A DNA stretch of 64,000 nucleotides from a virus. Its lineage: Duplodnaviria; Caudoviricetes. The stretch lies in the IMG/VR virus record IMGVR_UViG_3300025889_000071, one strand, 5' to 3'. A model generated the notes under the pieces. It made no database searches. It saw only the letters and a list, made by a program, of their open reading frames with translations, and had not been told where the DNA came from. The position numbers were made by a program, and so were the translations under genes. Shown here one piece after another: positions 34,301 through 44,659 of the stretch (position 1 is its first letter; every line of letters starts with the position of its first letter).

Positions 34301-37300
34301 GGTCTTTCTACAACAAAGGATTATATAGTAACAACTATTAATAATGATTCCTTTAAATTATCTGATGTTGGAATCGGTTCTGATTTAAAATATTTGTATT
34401 TTAATAGAAACGTCTTTAAAAATTTAACGTCTTCTGGTTCGGGATTACACACTTTCAATTATCCAGAAATTTCTGTAAAAGTTATTGGAAAAGTTGGAGT
34501 AACTTCTATAGGTGAAGATACTTTTGAAGCTAAAGTTCAACCAATAGTTCGTGGTGAGTTAACTTCAATACATTTAACTAATAATGGACAAAATTATGGA
34601 ACTAGTAGAATCTTAAACCTTAAAAGATTGCCAAAGGTAAGTTTAATTAGTGGAACTGATGCTGCACTAAAACCTGTCATACTAAATGGACAAATTGTCA
34701 ATGTCGTAATTTTAAATTCTGGAAAAGATTATACATCTATACCAGATTTGATTGTACGTGGTACAGGAACATCTGGAAAATTAGTACCGATATTAAAAGA
34801 TGGTGCTATTGTTGATGTTAAAATATCCAGACCTGGCGTTGGATATGAGCAAAATTCCACATCAATTGAAGTGTTGCCGGCCGGCAATAATGCAGAATTT
34901 GAATCAGTAATTCAATCGTGGAGAGTGAATGAGGTTCGAAAAAATCTATCAAATGTCAAGGATGATGATATTTTTGTTTCTCCTAGTATGAATGATGGCA
35001 AAGGATTGCAGTGTTATTTTGCTTATGGCCCAAGAAATTTAAGAAAATTAGTATATTCCACTGATAGGGGTGGGAGAATTTTGTATGGTAGAAATGATCT
35101 AAGAATTGTGAATGGATTAGAGTCTAGCAATATAAACCACTCACCAATTATTGGATGGGCATATGATGGAAGTCCGATATATGGTCCATATGGATACAAG
35201 ACAAATAAAGGAACTGGAGGAGTAACACAACTTAAGAGTGGTTATACATTAAAGTTATCCCCCAATAGACCTCCATTAGTAAATTTTCCTGAAGGATTTT
35301 TTGTTGAGGACTTTGAGTGGAGTTATTCTTCTTCTGAAGATACTCTTGATGAAAATAATGGAAGATTTTGCATAACACCAGAATTTCCAAATGGAATCTA
35401 TGCGTATTTTACAACTTTTGACGCAATACCATCAGAGGATGGGGTATTTAAAAATTTTAAAGCACCCACATTTCCATATGTAATTGGAAATTCATATCAT
35501 AAAACTCCAGATGAGTTTAATTTCAAAAAAAGATCAAATCAGGATGATATAAATTTAAATGATTTTAATATAAGTAGAAATACATATCCATATTTGCTGT
35601 CTAATGATAATAGTGGTTATGATTATCTGGTAGAATCTTACAAATTTACCGATCAAGATCCTACTATTACATCAGTAAATAGGGGAAATATTACATCAAT
35701 TGGTATTGTTAGTGAAGGTATAAATTATCAAGTTGATGATACAGTCGTTCTTGACGCATCGACCACCTCTAGAGATTTTGGGCAAAGTAACAAAGTTTCT
35801 CTGATAGGAGGAGTTGGTGTATCTTCAATATCTTGCGAAACCTTTATCGTACCAAACTTAGAATTTTATCCAAATGGAAGCACTGTAGTAGCTGTACACA
35901 CTACTAACCATAATATTAGTAATAATGAGGCATTGAATGTAGTTGGACTGAGCACTGAAAAATACATTAAACCGGGTCAGTATACTGTTGGTATTTCTTC
36001 ATTAACATTTGAACTGCAAAATACTTTAAATGCTCAAAATATAACCGGAATTGTTACTTACATAAACATTAAGGCTAATACAACTTCATTTTTCTCAGAC
36101 TTAAAGTTTGTAGAACCAAATGATGTATATAATTTATATGCAAATAAGACGTATACTGAATCAGTTCGTGTTCTTCTCCCACAGGTCGGAACTGCAATTA
36201 CAAGCAAGGCTTTGGATCCTGAAAGCAATCCTACAAGATTTACCGATGCTGCCGTATATGACTATATATGGGATAATTATGATGAATTTGATGTTGATGG
36301 TGATGGAGTAGTTTCTTTTAATGATGCGATAGTTATAGTAAGACACCTGTATGGAGACGAGGTTAAGGAAAGGGGTGCTTTTTCTGGAAATCGTATTTTT
36401 TCTACAGGTGGCGGTATTAGTGGAATTGGTTATAGTGGTGTGCCGGCCGCCGCCACAAGAACTACCAACAGAGAAGTGAGAGATTTCTTGGATTTCAGAT
36501 CTTTTCATTCTAGGGAAGGTAATATTGGAGTTTCTACAAATGTAATTACTGGTATACAAACGGGATATCTTTTTTATGGATCAGATCCAGATAATGTTGT
36601 TCGTGGAAAAGTTAGTATTGGCCAATCCGTCAACAGTACATTTGTGGCTGCTGGCACTACAGTGACTGCTATTGGTAAAAATTCTATTACTATCAGCAAC
36701 ACTACAACAAATACAGAAACTCAAGTAGGAACTTCAATTACATTTGGAAATGGATTGTATGATGTTGATGGTAATGGTCAAATAACTGTTTTTAGTGATG
36801 GCATAATGATAGCTAGAGTTTTTGGCCCTAGTGAATTTAAAAATCCATCTGATAATGGCATAGCTGGTTTTGCTACTGATAATACAATTTTTGATACTCT
36901 TAAGGTTTTAAATATAGATCCAGATTTGGGAAGAATTAGAGTATTACGAACAGGTAATGGAACATATAGTGGTGTATTTGGTTCTAACAGTGAACTTGTA
37001 GAAAGATCTAGAAAAGTAGAGATTCCATTCATTGGAATTTCAACAGTTAATGACTCAAGAAAAACCTATGAGTATTATTTTAATCCTACAGAATCCATAG
37101 GAATAGGGGAAGACATTAGTGCAGGTGCAGGTACTACAATTACATTTACGAATCCTGGTGCTGGCCAAACTCAGGTCTTTGTTCCAACCAGAGCAATTTA
37201 TCTTCCATATCATACATTAAGAACTGGTGATAAAGTTGTATATAAGACAAATATTGGAGATACAATAGGTGTATCTACTGTTAGTGGAGGTTCTAGTGTA

Positions 37301-40300
37301 CCTCTTACCCAATATTCCGAGTTATATGTTGGAAAAATAAATGACAACTTTATTGGACTTTCTACAGTAAAAGTTTCTGCGGGAACAACGGATGGAATTT
37401 TTGTTGGGGTTACACCAGAAACAGAGCATCATGAATTGCTCTATTTTGTTGGGTTGGGGACAGGTGTATATCACAGTTTAACATTTAATAATCCAGACAC
37501 AGTAACTGGTAATTTAGAAAAGAACATCGTTACTGTTTCAACTTCAAGTACGCATGGATTATCTCTTCTTGATAATGTTTTTGTTGAAGTAAAACCAAAT
37601 ATTAATGAAACAATAAAAGTAAAATATAACAAGAGTATTAGAAAATTAATTGTCAATGAATATGATTATGTCACATCAGGAATTTCTTCCGAAAATAGAA
37701 CAATTTCTATAACAGATCATAAACTTTCAACAGGCCAAAAAGTTATTAATTTTTTAAATACATCTATTAATGATGATTCTTTTAAAGATGAGGGAGAATA
37801 TTATGTATACGTTGTTGATAGAAATACAATCAAGTTAACAAATGAAAAATATGAATTATTCGAAAAAACTCCATCATTTATTGGACTTTCTACTCTTTCT
37901 TCAGGATCTTTATCTTTAATAAATCCCCCCTTAAATCTAGTTAAAAATTCTACGGTTAAATTTGATTTATCGGATTCTTCGTTATCTTATGTTCAAAATA
38001 ATATTTCATATTCAGCGTTTAGATTTGATTTTTATAGAGATTCTAGTTATAAAGACATATATGTTACTAATGAGTTAAATTCATTATTCGCAGTATCTTC
38101 TGAAGGACAAATTGGAGTAACTGCAGGTGCAAATTATACATTGACAGTCAATGATAATACTCCAAATAGACTTTACTATAAATTAACTCCCATTGATTTA
38201 AATCAAAATGTAATAGAAAATAAACAAATTTCCGTAGATAAAGAAGTAGAATTTTTTAATTCTATTTTTCCAATAGATAGTGATTATTCTGGAAAGCATA
38301 CGGTTACTGGAATTGGATCTACATCTTTTTCATATTTACTTTCAGTAAAACCAGAAGCATCTGCTTATATTTCAACAAACACATCACTATCATATAATAC
38401 TACATCATCTAGTGCATATGGACCAATAAAAAATATATCTGTTGGTAATGGGGGCAAATATTATTCAGAAATTCCAGGAATTTCTGAAATAGTGACTGGA
38501 ATAGGAACTGGAGCTATTCTTAATGTCTTCAGTGACAGTATTGGTAAAATTAATTCAGTAAGAATTGATGATATTGGATTTGATTACCCATCAGATTTAA
38601 CTTTAAAACCTGAAGTATACATTCCACAAATATTAAGAGTTGAACAATTATCAAAGTTTAAGTCAATTAGTATAATCACAGATACTCAAGGTGCTACAGG
38701 GCCCACTAATATTTTTAGACACAATATACCACCAAAACTTGTTGTAGTTGATGGAATTACTAACAAAGTTGTGGATGATGCAATTTTGAAAATGAATCTA
38801 CCTGAAAAAAAGGTAGACATTCTTCAAAATACATTTTCATTATCTGATGCTATACCAAAATTAATTCCTACAGAAAATGTAACTGGAATTGGATTCACTT
38901 CTTTAACATATGACATTTCAACCAAGGAAGTCACTGTTTCTTTGACTAACGCTCAAGGACCAAAATTTGCAAATCTCAATCAAAATACCACCGAAGATTT
39001 TGTAAATATTAGAGTTGGTGATAATGTTTTAGTAGAAAACGTAAGTGTTGGAGTAGGAACTACTGGAACTGGATATAATTCTTCAAATTATAATTACAAA
39101 TTATTCCCAGTGGTAGGTGTTACTACTGCAACAGGAATTGTTACATTTAGTATGAGTAGTGTTATTGAGGACGATTATAATCCAGGTAAATTTATTAGTA
39201 ATTTATCTTCACCTTCATTATTACCAGAAAGACTATTTCCAAAGTTCTCTATAGAGTTAGATAAAACTGGATTTAAAGAATCCGAAATTGTGAAGTCTGG
39301 TTCTAAGACAGGAAAGGTAATAAAATTTGATAGTTTCAATAAATTAGTTCATATTGAAAGCGCAGACGAATTTTTTATCAATGATACGTTAATTTCAGAA
39401 TCCTTCGGAACAAAAGCTATAGTAAAAGATAATACTTTCTTTGAAAGTAGATTAGATTTAGACTATTATTCTATAATTGGAAGAAAATGGTCAAACACCA
39501 CAGGTTTTATAAGTGATAATTTGCAAAGGGTACATGACAACGACTACTATCAATATTTTTCATATGCAGTAAAATCTAAAATTGGTATTGATAAGTGGGA
39601 TGAAAGTGTAAGTACTCTTAATCATGCTGCAGGATTTAAAAAGTTTAGTGATTTACAAATTGAATCTTCGGTCCCAACTTCTTTGAGTATGAAACCAACG
39701 ATTGAAGAAGTTACTACCGTGTTTATTACTCTCGATAATATTGTAGATTTGAACTGCTATGATAACTTTGATTTAGTTCATGAAAATTTACTTATTTCTG
39801 ATGGTAATAGGACATTTTCAAATGAAATTAATTTTACATCCACAATCTTAACAGATTATGATGAATCTATTTCAAATAGAGTAGTTAATATTGATGATGT
39901 CAGTGGAGAGTTTAATAGTAATCCAAGATCAACACCATTTTCGGAAATATTCAGAACATTAACAGAAGACACAAGATCTCAAAAATTTATCACATACGTT
40001 AGAGATAGAACTTTTGTTGGAGAAAGGCAATTGATGGTGGCCACTGTTCTAACTGATACTGATCGCGCCTTAGGCATGATTAATCAATATGGAACTGTCT
40101 ATACTCAATCTGATTTAGGATCTCTCGATTATGTGATTGACGGCAATGATGGTGTGCTTCGTTTTTATCCGACAAAATATCAATATAATAATTATAATGT
40201 TTCGTTCTTTGCATATTCTTTAGAAGATATAGTATCAATATCAACAGTATCTTCATCGCATACTGTAGGAATTTCTTCAGAATTAGCAGGAAAACCTCAA

Positions 40301-43300
40301 GGAAGTATAGCCAGTATAGGATCTTCCGAAATACTTACAGTTGGTACTGCGGTTACAAATTTAGTGGTCATTTCGGGTATTGGAACTACCCTTCCTAGTG
40401 TTAGGTCTGCAAAAGTTTTAGTCAATATTGAAGTCGATGATGGTCAAACTGAATTTAATGAACTTAATGTTATTCATAATGGAACAGATGCACATCTATT
40501 AGAATTTGGTCAACTAAATGCACATTCAATTGATACTTTTGGATCATCTGGTCTTGGAACATATGGTGCATCAGTTTCTAGTGATAATGAATTGATAATT
40601 GAGTTCACTCCATCAGTAGGACTTGGAACAACTGCAGTAATTAGTGCAAATACTATTACTGTGGGTCTCTCTACAGAAATCTATAATAATCAAAATTCTG
40701 GACTTGGTTCTGAGTCTACATTAAGTTCGGGAACATTAATAACAAAATGTACAGAATTAATAGGTGGTTCTGCAGAGTCTGTTGCAGAATTTTCAAGTGA
40801 GTTTGATGCTGCGTATTCAATTATTCAAGTTGCAGATCTTGATAATGATATGTATCAAATGTCAGAGGCTATCATTGTTTCTGATGGAACAGATGCTCAC
40901 ATTACAGAATTTGGAAATGTAGAAACTAATCATAGTTTGGGTGAAATGACTGGAGGTGTTAATTCAGGAATAACCCAGATTACATTCACTCCTGCTGCTG
41001 GAGTTGGAGATCTTCATGTCAAATCATTTACACATGCAATTAAAGTGGATACTGGAACTGATTCTGGAGAAATTGATTTAGATAACTCCAAATTGATAAC
41101 AAATTCAGGAACTTACACTGGAACTGAATTAGATGTTAGAAAAGATTTTGAAATTCTCCATAAAACATATCCAGTATTTAAGAGAGTATTTGATGGATCT
41201 GACAGCAGTTTTGTTGATGTGGTCAATAATAAAATTATTCTACCATACCATTTCTTTACAACAGGAGAGAAAGTAGAATACAGACCTAAAACAGGAATTG
41301 GTACTAATAGTATAGGTATTGATGATATAACTGTTGGAAGTGGTACTACAGATAAATTACCAACTACAGTATATGTAATTAAATTAAGTGAAAGTGAAAT
41401 TAGATTTGCACAAACCGCTGAAAATGCCCTTAAACCTTTCCCAGAACCAATTACAATAACTTCAGTTGGAATTAATAGTGATCATAGCATAACTTCAACT
41501 AATCAAAATCAGAGAGTATTAATTTCTATTGATAATTATATACAGTCTCCTATAGTTTCTACATCAGTAACAACATCTTTAGCAGATCAAGTTTTGATAA
41601 CAGAGGATTCCGTCAAATTCTCGGGAATAACTTCGTTCTTTAGTGGTGATTATATTAAGATTGATGATGAAATCATGAGAATACGTGGAGTTGGTATTGG
41701 TTCCACTAATGCAATTACGGTCTTTAGAGCCTGGGCAGGAACCTCACTTGCTGGACACTCTACGGATAGTTTAGTTACAAAGATCAAAGGAAATTATAAT
41801 ATTATTGGAAATACACTAAACTTTATTGAAGCTCCTTTTGGCAATAATCCAATAAGTTCTACAACTAATGCACCATCTGAAAGAGATTGGGAAGGTATTA
41901 CTACATCATCTTCATTCCATGCAAGAGCGTTTATGAAAACGGGTGTTGTTGGAGCTACCACAGACACATATGCAGGAAACTACATATTTGACGACATTTC
42001 TCAAAACTTTAGTGGAAGTGAGGACACTTATATAATAACTTCAGGAAATTCAAATGTTGTAGGAATCTCTACTAATAATGCGATAGTATTGATAAATGGT
42101 ATTTTACAAGAACCAGGACTTAATAATGATTTTACTATAACTGAAGATTCTGATGTTGGAATAAGTTCTATTAAATTTACGGGAACAGCGAGTGCCACTT
42201 CTACTGATCCAAATTCACTTAATGTTCCTGTAGGAGGTATTATAGTTTCTGTAGCCTCATCTAGAGGACTTGGATATCAACCTTTAATATCTGCAGGTGC
42301 AACTGCTGTAATTTCAGTTGGAAATACTGTTGAATCTATTACTATTGGAAATACTGGTTCTGGTTATAGATCAAATAACATTTATGAAATTGAAACAACA
42401 ACAAAATATTCTGTTGGTGTAGGATCTACTAACATTTTACTTTCAAATACTAATAGTGCCCTTAATGTTATTAATTTGAACACAAGTTCTACTAATACTA
42501 TTGCAATTGGTACATACATTAAAGAAACAACATCTATTGTTTCTATAGCAAATACATTTGTTGGTATTGGTTCCACTTCTCCATATGAAATACCTGCAGG
42601 CACTTCAGTGAAGATTCAGATAGAGAATCCGGATGTCGGTATTGTAAATGTTGGTGTTGCTACGACTTCTTTGGGTATTGTGAATGTAACTCATGTCGGT
42701 TTTAGTACAATAAATGCAGGATTTGTTACGTCTGTGACAATAACAAATGGTGGAGATGGATTCTCATCAACAAATCCCCCATATGTAATATTTGATGAAC
42801 CTCTCCCATATTCCAACATACCTTTAGTTTATAGTGAAACTTCTGTTGGAAGTGGAGGAACACAGGCAAAAGTTAATATTACTGTTGGACAAGGTTCTAG
42901 TGTGATTGATTTTGAAATCATTAATCAAGGTTATGGATATGGTCAAGGACATGTGCTTACCATTCCTACAGGAGGTATTACCGGTATTCCTACAGATTCT
43001 TCAATTGGAACATCATTTGAAGAATTTAAATTGACAATACAAGAAACATTAACTGATGAATTTTCTGCATGGTTTATCGGTGAAATAGAACCACTTGATG
43101 ATTTCTCCGATCTTTTTGATGGATCCAGAAAAACATTCTCATTATTTAGATCTGGAAATAGATTGTCAGTTCAGTCTGATTATGGATCAATTGTAAACGT
43201 TGATGATGTCTTAATTGTTTTCATTAATGATATTTTACAAATTCCTGGCGATTCCTATACATTTAGTAGTGGAAGCACAATTACTTTTAGTGAAGCTCCA

Positions 43301-44641
43301 AAATCCGGAGATAGATTAAAGGTATTGTTCTATAAAGGAACGAGTGGAACTGATGTATTGCCAAAAGAAGTTACTAATGAAGTGCATGAGGGTGATGAGT
43401 TAATAATAAATTATGATAAATCTTTAAATCAAAACAAATTTAATCAACAAGACAATAGATCTGTTTATAGTGTACTTAGTTCTGGAACAGTTAAAACAAA
43501 TTCATATTATGGTCCAGGACTATTATCAGACTCTTCTATTCATAGACCTGTTACTCTTTGCAAGCAAACTGAAGATAAAATGATCGAAGGGTTTGTAGTA
43601 AATAAAGATCGTGAGCAGTATGAACCAATCATTTTCCCCACAGCACATTTAATTACTAATATTGGAATAGGTTCTACAATAGCATTTGTTGATAATATTC
43701 GACCATTCTTCAATCCATCAAATGAAGCATCTAATTTAGATTTCCAAAATGATATAATTATTGTAGAAAATGGAGAAAAGGTTTCTGCAGCTGCTACTGC
43801 AATAGTTGGAGATGACACTCTAATTCAATCTATTGTTATTTCTGAAAATGGTGTTGGTTATAGTACAGCAACTGTGAGCATTGCAAGCACTGATGGTACT
43901 TTGGGTGTTGGAACAACAGCAGTAGCTAAAGCATACGCTATTATAAGTATTGGTGGAACAATAAATTCCATAGCTATTACAACATCTGGAATAGGTTATA
44001 CGAATACAAATCCACCATCAGTGTTAATTTCGCCACCACAATTTGAACAAGAAACTAATAAAGTTGTATCTTTTGAAGGCGATTTTGGTATTATTGTTGG
44101 TGTTGGAACAACTAATGTTGGGGTTTCTACTGGAATAGCATTTGATTTAATAATACCTCAAGATTCTTATTTGAGAGATACTTCAATTGTCGGAACTGCA
44201 ACAACATTAACAGGATTAAAAGAGGGTTATTACTTTACTGTCTTTAATTCAAACGTTGGATATGGTGTGACTTCACTTGATGAAAATAATGAAATAGTTG
44301 GAATTGGAACCACTTGTTTAGATAATGTTTATAGAGTTTCTGGAATCACCACTGCTCTTGAAAGAGATATAATAGGATATGGTTCAACTTATGTGACACG
44401 AGTTATTGTTAGCATTTCGACTTATTATGGATTGGATAGTGATATTCCATCTCCAGATCAAGTTGTTTCCGGATTTACCACAGATTTCTTTGGTAAATAT
44501 AGTTGGGGAAGGTTAATGCTTTCTCAAAGAACTGGAGTAATAACTTATTCAGCACAAACAAATAATGGTGTTGTTGGAATTAATACTGGATCTTTTGTGA
44601 GGAGAAAAAATTCTTTAAAATTTAGAAATTATACCACATAA
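31352..44641 (+). CDS. g7: Giant baseplate wedge initiator gp7-like protein (4429 aa)
   Basis: Lies between g6 and g8; N-terminal QLPEYV...FVQFLTQYY and KDFYSIKGT; internal HSPIIGWAYDGSPIYGPYG and DYYQYFSYAVKS...HAAGFKKF. Confidence 0.85.
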   Translation: MAEQRVKVSQIVSNQLPEYVRLQYPQFVQFLTQYYQGQEYPGAPLDLIQNIDSYIKINENGNTVGFTSLSNDIDVIDNSIQVDNTSGFPEKYGLLKINDEIITYSGTTSTSFTGCVRGFSGITSFTSSDNIEDLVFSNSEASSHSEGDNVENLSRLFLQEFFKKIKKQYLYGLGDQKLTDNLNKSQFIRSAKDFYSIKGTDASFKILFKALFGENVEIVRPSDYVISPSNAIYQKTKDLVAEFISGDPYDLVNKTLYQSGDENIPEAYSPVSNVEKISTGSLNKDYYRITIDGSYLKKEGSNTESIYDNFSIHPKTKCIGEIGIGQTFIDVDSTVGFPNSGSLDVVYNDFTTDTITYSNKTINQFLDVSVISKRILDGSDIDYSSFAYSAGLGRTDGIKLRIRSVIGGYNIPKVTYQQNIGSKIKIKSLGKIGNKLKENNWIFNNSQSYNVESLELIDSRNFVYRLTTIDDNILRVGDTLRLKSLNDVFLTDDFTVTTIINNKISLIRGSDVENPNGIVSVNRILNKVKTNIHPQLSKFTANVQNVYIDNDDDSVLVASNSLPYFESPTNPDIQKIILSGLVANNQTTLKVTEDFDHNFFTGDSIYYTPNKDNNGNVISKIFDEGLYFVHRVDSNNVKLAKSGSDLYNEKYVTIDDLSGKANVDITNHIIEKYAFNGKIIEPQKLIRKIPNIHNQRDDEVNEKSLATKAGATGIFINGVEILNYKSHSYVHYGEIEEINLTSPGFGYDVINPPLLSISDSVGSGATGVCGVKGNFVDIDLIDGGFDYLDIPSIQITGGNGKSAKASANTTFVDHTLSFDSSNLLDISVDFELRSGFGGISTETSKIGFSTYHRFKNGESVVYKTLGGNAVTGLSTDSTYYVNVVNDYDIKLHLSKGDALASSGTGINTISLSDFGTGNHSFTAIPKLSVSSIRIIDPGFDYENKKRMCSSAGINTSINTIDILNHGYKTGEIIRYSFNETSIGGLSTTKDYIVTTINNDSFKLSDVGIGSDLKYLYFNRNVFKNLTSSGSGLHTFNYPEISVKVIGKVGVTSIGEDTFEAKVQPIVRGELTSIHLTNNGQNYGTSRILNLKRLPKVSLISGTDAALKPVILNGQIVNVVILNSGKDYTSIPDLIVRGTGTSGKLVPILKDGAIVDVKISRPGVGYEQNSTSIEVLPAGNNAEFESVIQSWRVNEVRKNLSNVKDDDIFVSPSMNDGKGLQCYFAYGPRNLRKLVYSTDRGGRILYGRNDLRIVNGLESSNINHSPIIGWAYDGSPIYGPYGYKTNKGTGGVTQLKSGYTLKLSPNRPPLVNFPEGFFVEDFEWSYSSSEDTLDENNGRFCITPEFPNGIYAYFTTFDAIPSEDGVFKNFKAPTFPYVIGNSYHKTPDEFNFKKRSNQDDINLNDFNISRNTYPYLLSNDNSGYDYLVESYKFTDQDPTITSVNRGNITSIGIVSEGINYQVDDTVVLDASTTSRDFGQSNKVSLIGGVGVSSISCETFIVPNLEFYPNGSTVVAVHTTNHNISNNEALNVVGLSTEKYIKPGQYTVGISSLTFELQNTLNAQNITGIVTYINIKANTTSFFSDLKFVEPNDVYNLYANKTYTESVRVLLPQVGTAITSKALDPESNPTRFTDAAVYDYIWDNYDEFDVDGDGVVSFNDAIVIVRHLYGDEVKERGAFSGNRIFSTGGGISGIGYSGVPAAATRTTNREVRDFLDFRSFHSREGNIGVSTNVITGIQTGYLFYGSDPDNVVRGKVSIGQSVNSTFVAAGTTVTAIGKNSITISNTTTNTETQVGTSITFGNGLYDVDGNGQITVFSDGIMIARVFGPSEFKNPSDNGIAGFATDNTIFDTLKVLNIDPDLGRIRVLRTGNGTYSGVFGSNSELVERSRKVEIPFIGISTVNDSRKTYEYYFNPTESIGIGEDISAGAGTTITFTNPGAGQTQVFVPTRAIYLPYHTLRTGDKVVYKTNIGDTIGVSTVSGGSSVPLTQYSELYVGKINDNFIGLSTVKVSAGTTDGIFVGVTPETEHHELLYFVGLGTGVYHSLTFNNPDTVTGNLEKNIVTVSTSSTHGLSLLDNVFVEVKPNINETIKVKYNKSIRKLIVNEYDYVTSGISSENRTISITDHKLSTGQKVINFLNTSINDDSFKDEGEYYVYVVDRNTIKLTNEKYELFEKTPSFIGLSTLSSGSLSLINPPLNLVKNSTVKFDLSDSSLSYVQNNISYSAFRFDFYRDSSYKDIYVTNELNSLFAVSSEGQIGVTAGANYTLTVNDNTPNRLYYKLTPIDLNQNVIENKQISVDKEVEFFNSIFPIDSDYSGKHTVTGIGSTSFSYLLSVKPEASAYISTNTSLSYNTTSSSAYGPIKNISVGNGGKYYSEIPGISEIVTGIGTGAILNVFSDSIGKINSVRIDDIGFDYPSDLTLKPEVYIPQILRVEQLSKFKSISIITDTQGATGPTNIFRHNIPPKLVVVDGITNKVVDDAILKMNLPEKKVDILQNTFSLSDAIPKLIPTENVTGIGFTSLTYDISTKEVTVSLTNAQGPKFANLNQNTTEDFVNIRVGDNVLVENVSVGVGTTGTGYNSSNYNYKLFPVVGVTTATGIVTFSMSSVIEDDYNPGKFISNLSSPSLLPERLFPKFSIELDKTGFKESEIVKSGSKTGKVIKFDSFNKLVHIESADEFFINDTLISESFGTKAIVKDNTFFESRLDLDYYSIIGRKWSNTTGFISDNLQRVHDNDYYQYFSYAVKSKIGIDKWDESVSTLNHAAGFKKFSDLQIESSVPTSLSMKPTIEEVTTVFITLDNIVDLNCYDNFDLVHENLLISDGNRTFSNEINFTSTILTDYDESISNRVVNIDDVSGEFNSNPRSTPFSEIFRTLTEDTRSQKFITYVRDRTFVGERQLMVATVLTDTDRALGMINQYGTVYTQSDLGSLDYVIDGNDGVLRFYPTKYQYNNYNVSFFAYSLEDIVSISTVSSSHTVGISSELAGKPQGSIASIGSSEILTVGTAVTNLVVISGIGTTLPSVRSAKVLVNIEVDDGQTEFNELNVIHNGTDAHLLEFGQLNAHSIDTFGSSGLGTYGASVSSDNELIIEFTPSVGLGTTAVISANTITVGLSTEIYNNQNSGLGSESTLSSGTLITKCTELIGGSAESVAEFSSEFDAAYSIIQVADLDNDMYQMSEAIIVSDGTDAHITEFGNVETNHSLGEMTGGVNSGITQITFTPAAGVGDLHVKSFTHAIKVDTGTDSGEIDLDNSKLITNSGTYTGTELDVRKDFEILHKTYPVFKRVFDGSDSSFVDVVNNKIILPYHFFTTGEKVEYRPKTGIGTNSIGIDDITVGSGTTDKLPTTVYVIKLSESEIRFAQTAENALKPFPEPITITSVGINSDHSITSTNQNQRVLISIDNYIQSPIVSTSVTTSLADQVLITEDSVKFSGITSFFSGDYIKIDDEIMRIRGVGIGSTNAITVFRAWAGTSLAGHSTDSLVTKIKGNYNIIGNTLNFIEAPFGNNPISSTTNAPSERDWEGITTSSSFHARAFMKTGVVGATTDTYAGNYIFDDISQNFSGSEDTYIITSGNSNVVGISTNNAIVLINGILQEPGLNNDFTITEDSDVGISSIKFTGTASATSTDPNSLNVPVGGIIVSVASSRGLGYQPLISAGATAVISVGNTVESITIGNTGSGYRSNNIYEIETTTKYSVGVGSTNILLSNTNSALNVINLNTSSTNTIAIGTYIKETTSIVSIANTFVGIGSTSPYEIPAGTSVKIQIENPDVGIVNVGVATTSLGIVNVTHVGFSTINAGFVTSVTITNGGDGFSSTNPPYVIFDEPLPYSNIPLVYSETSVGSGGTQAKVNITVGQGSSVIDFEIINQGYGYGQGHVLTIPTGGITGIPTDSSIGTSFEEFKLTIQETLTDEFSAWFIGEIEPLDDFSDLFDGSRKTFSLFRSGNRLSVQSDYGSIVNVDDVLIVFINDILQIPGDSYTFSSGSTITFSEAPKSGDRLKVLFYKGTSGTDVLPKEVTNEVHEGDELIINYDKSLNQNKFNQQDNRSVYSVLSSGTVKTNSYYGPGLLSDSSIHRPVTLCKQTEDKMIEGFVVNKDREQYEPIIFPTAHLITNIGIGSTIAFVDNIRPFFNPSNEASNLDFQNDIIIVENGEKVSAAATAIVGDDTLIQSIVISENGVGYSTATVSIASTDGTLGVGTTAVAKAYAIISIGGTINSIAITTSGIGYTNTNPPSVLISPPQFEQETNKVVSFEGDFGIIVGVGTTNVGVSTGIAFDLIIPQDSYLRDTSIVGTATTLTGLKEGYYFTVFNSNVGYGVTSLDENNEIVGIGTTCLDNVYRVSGITTALERDIIGYGSTYVTRVIVSISTYYGLDSDIPSPDQVVSGFTTDFFGKYSWGRLMLSQRTGVITYSAQTNNGVVGINTGSFVRRKNSLKFRNYTT

Positions 44642-44659
44642 ATAACTAAAAACATAAAA

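Noticed and set aside
38699-38704. GGGCCC inside g7
   Set aside because: It lacks AAAGTGT at the N3 spacing and lies in coding sequence; not an element copy.
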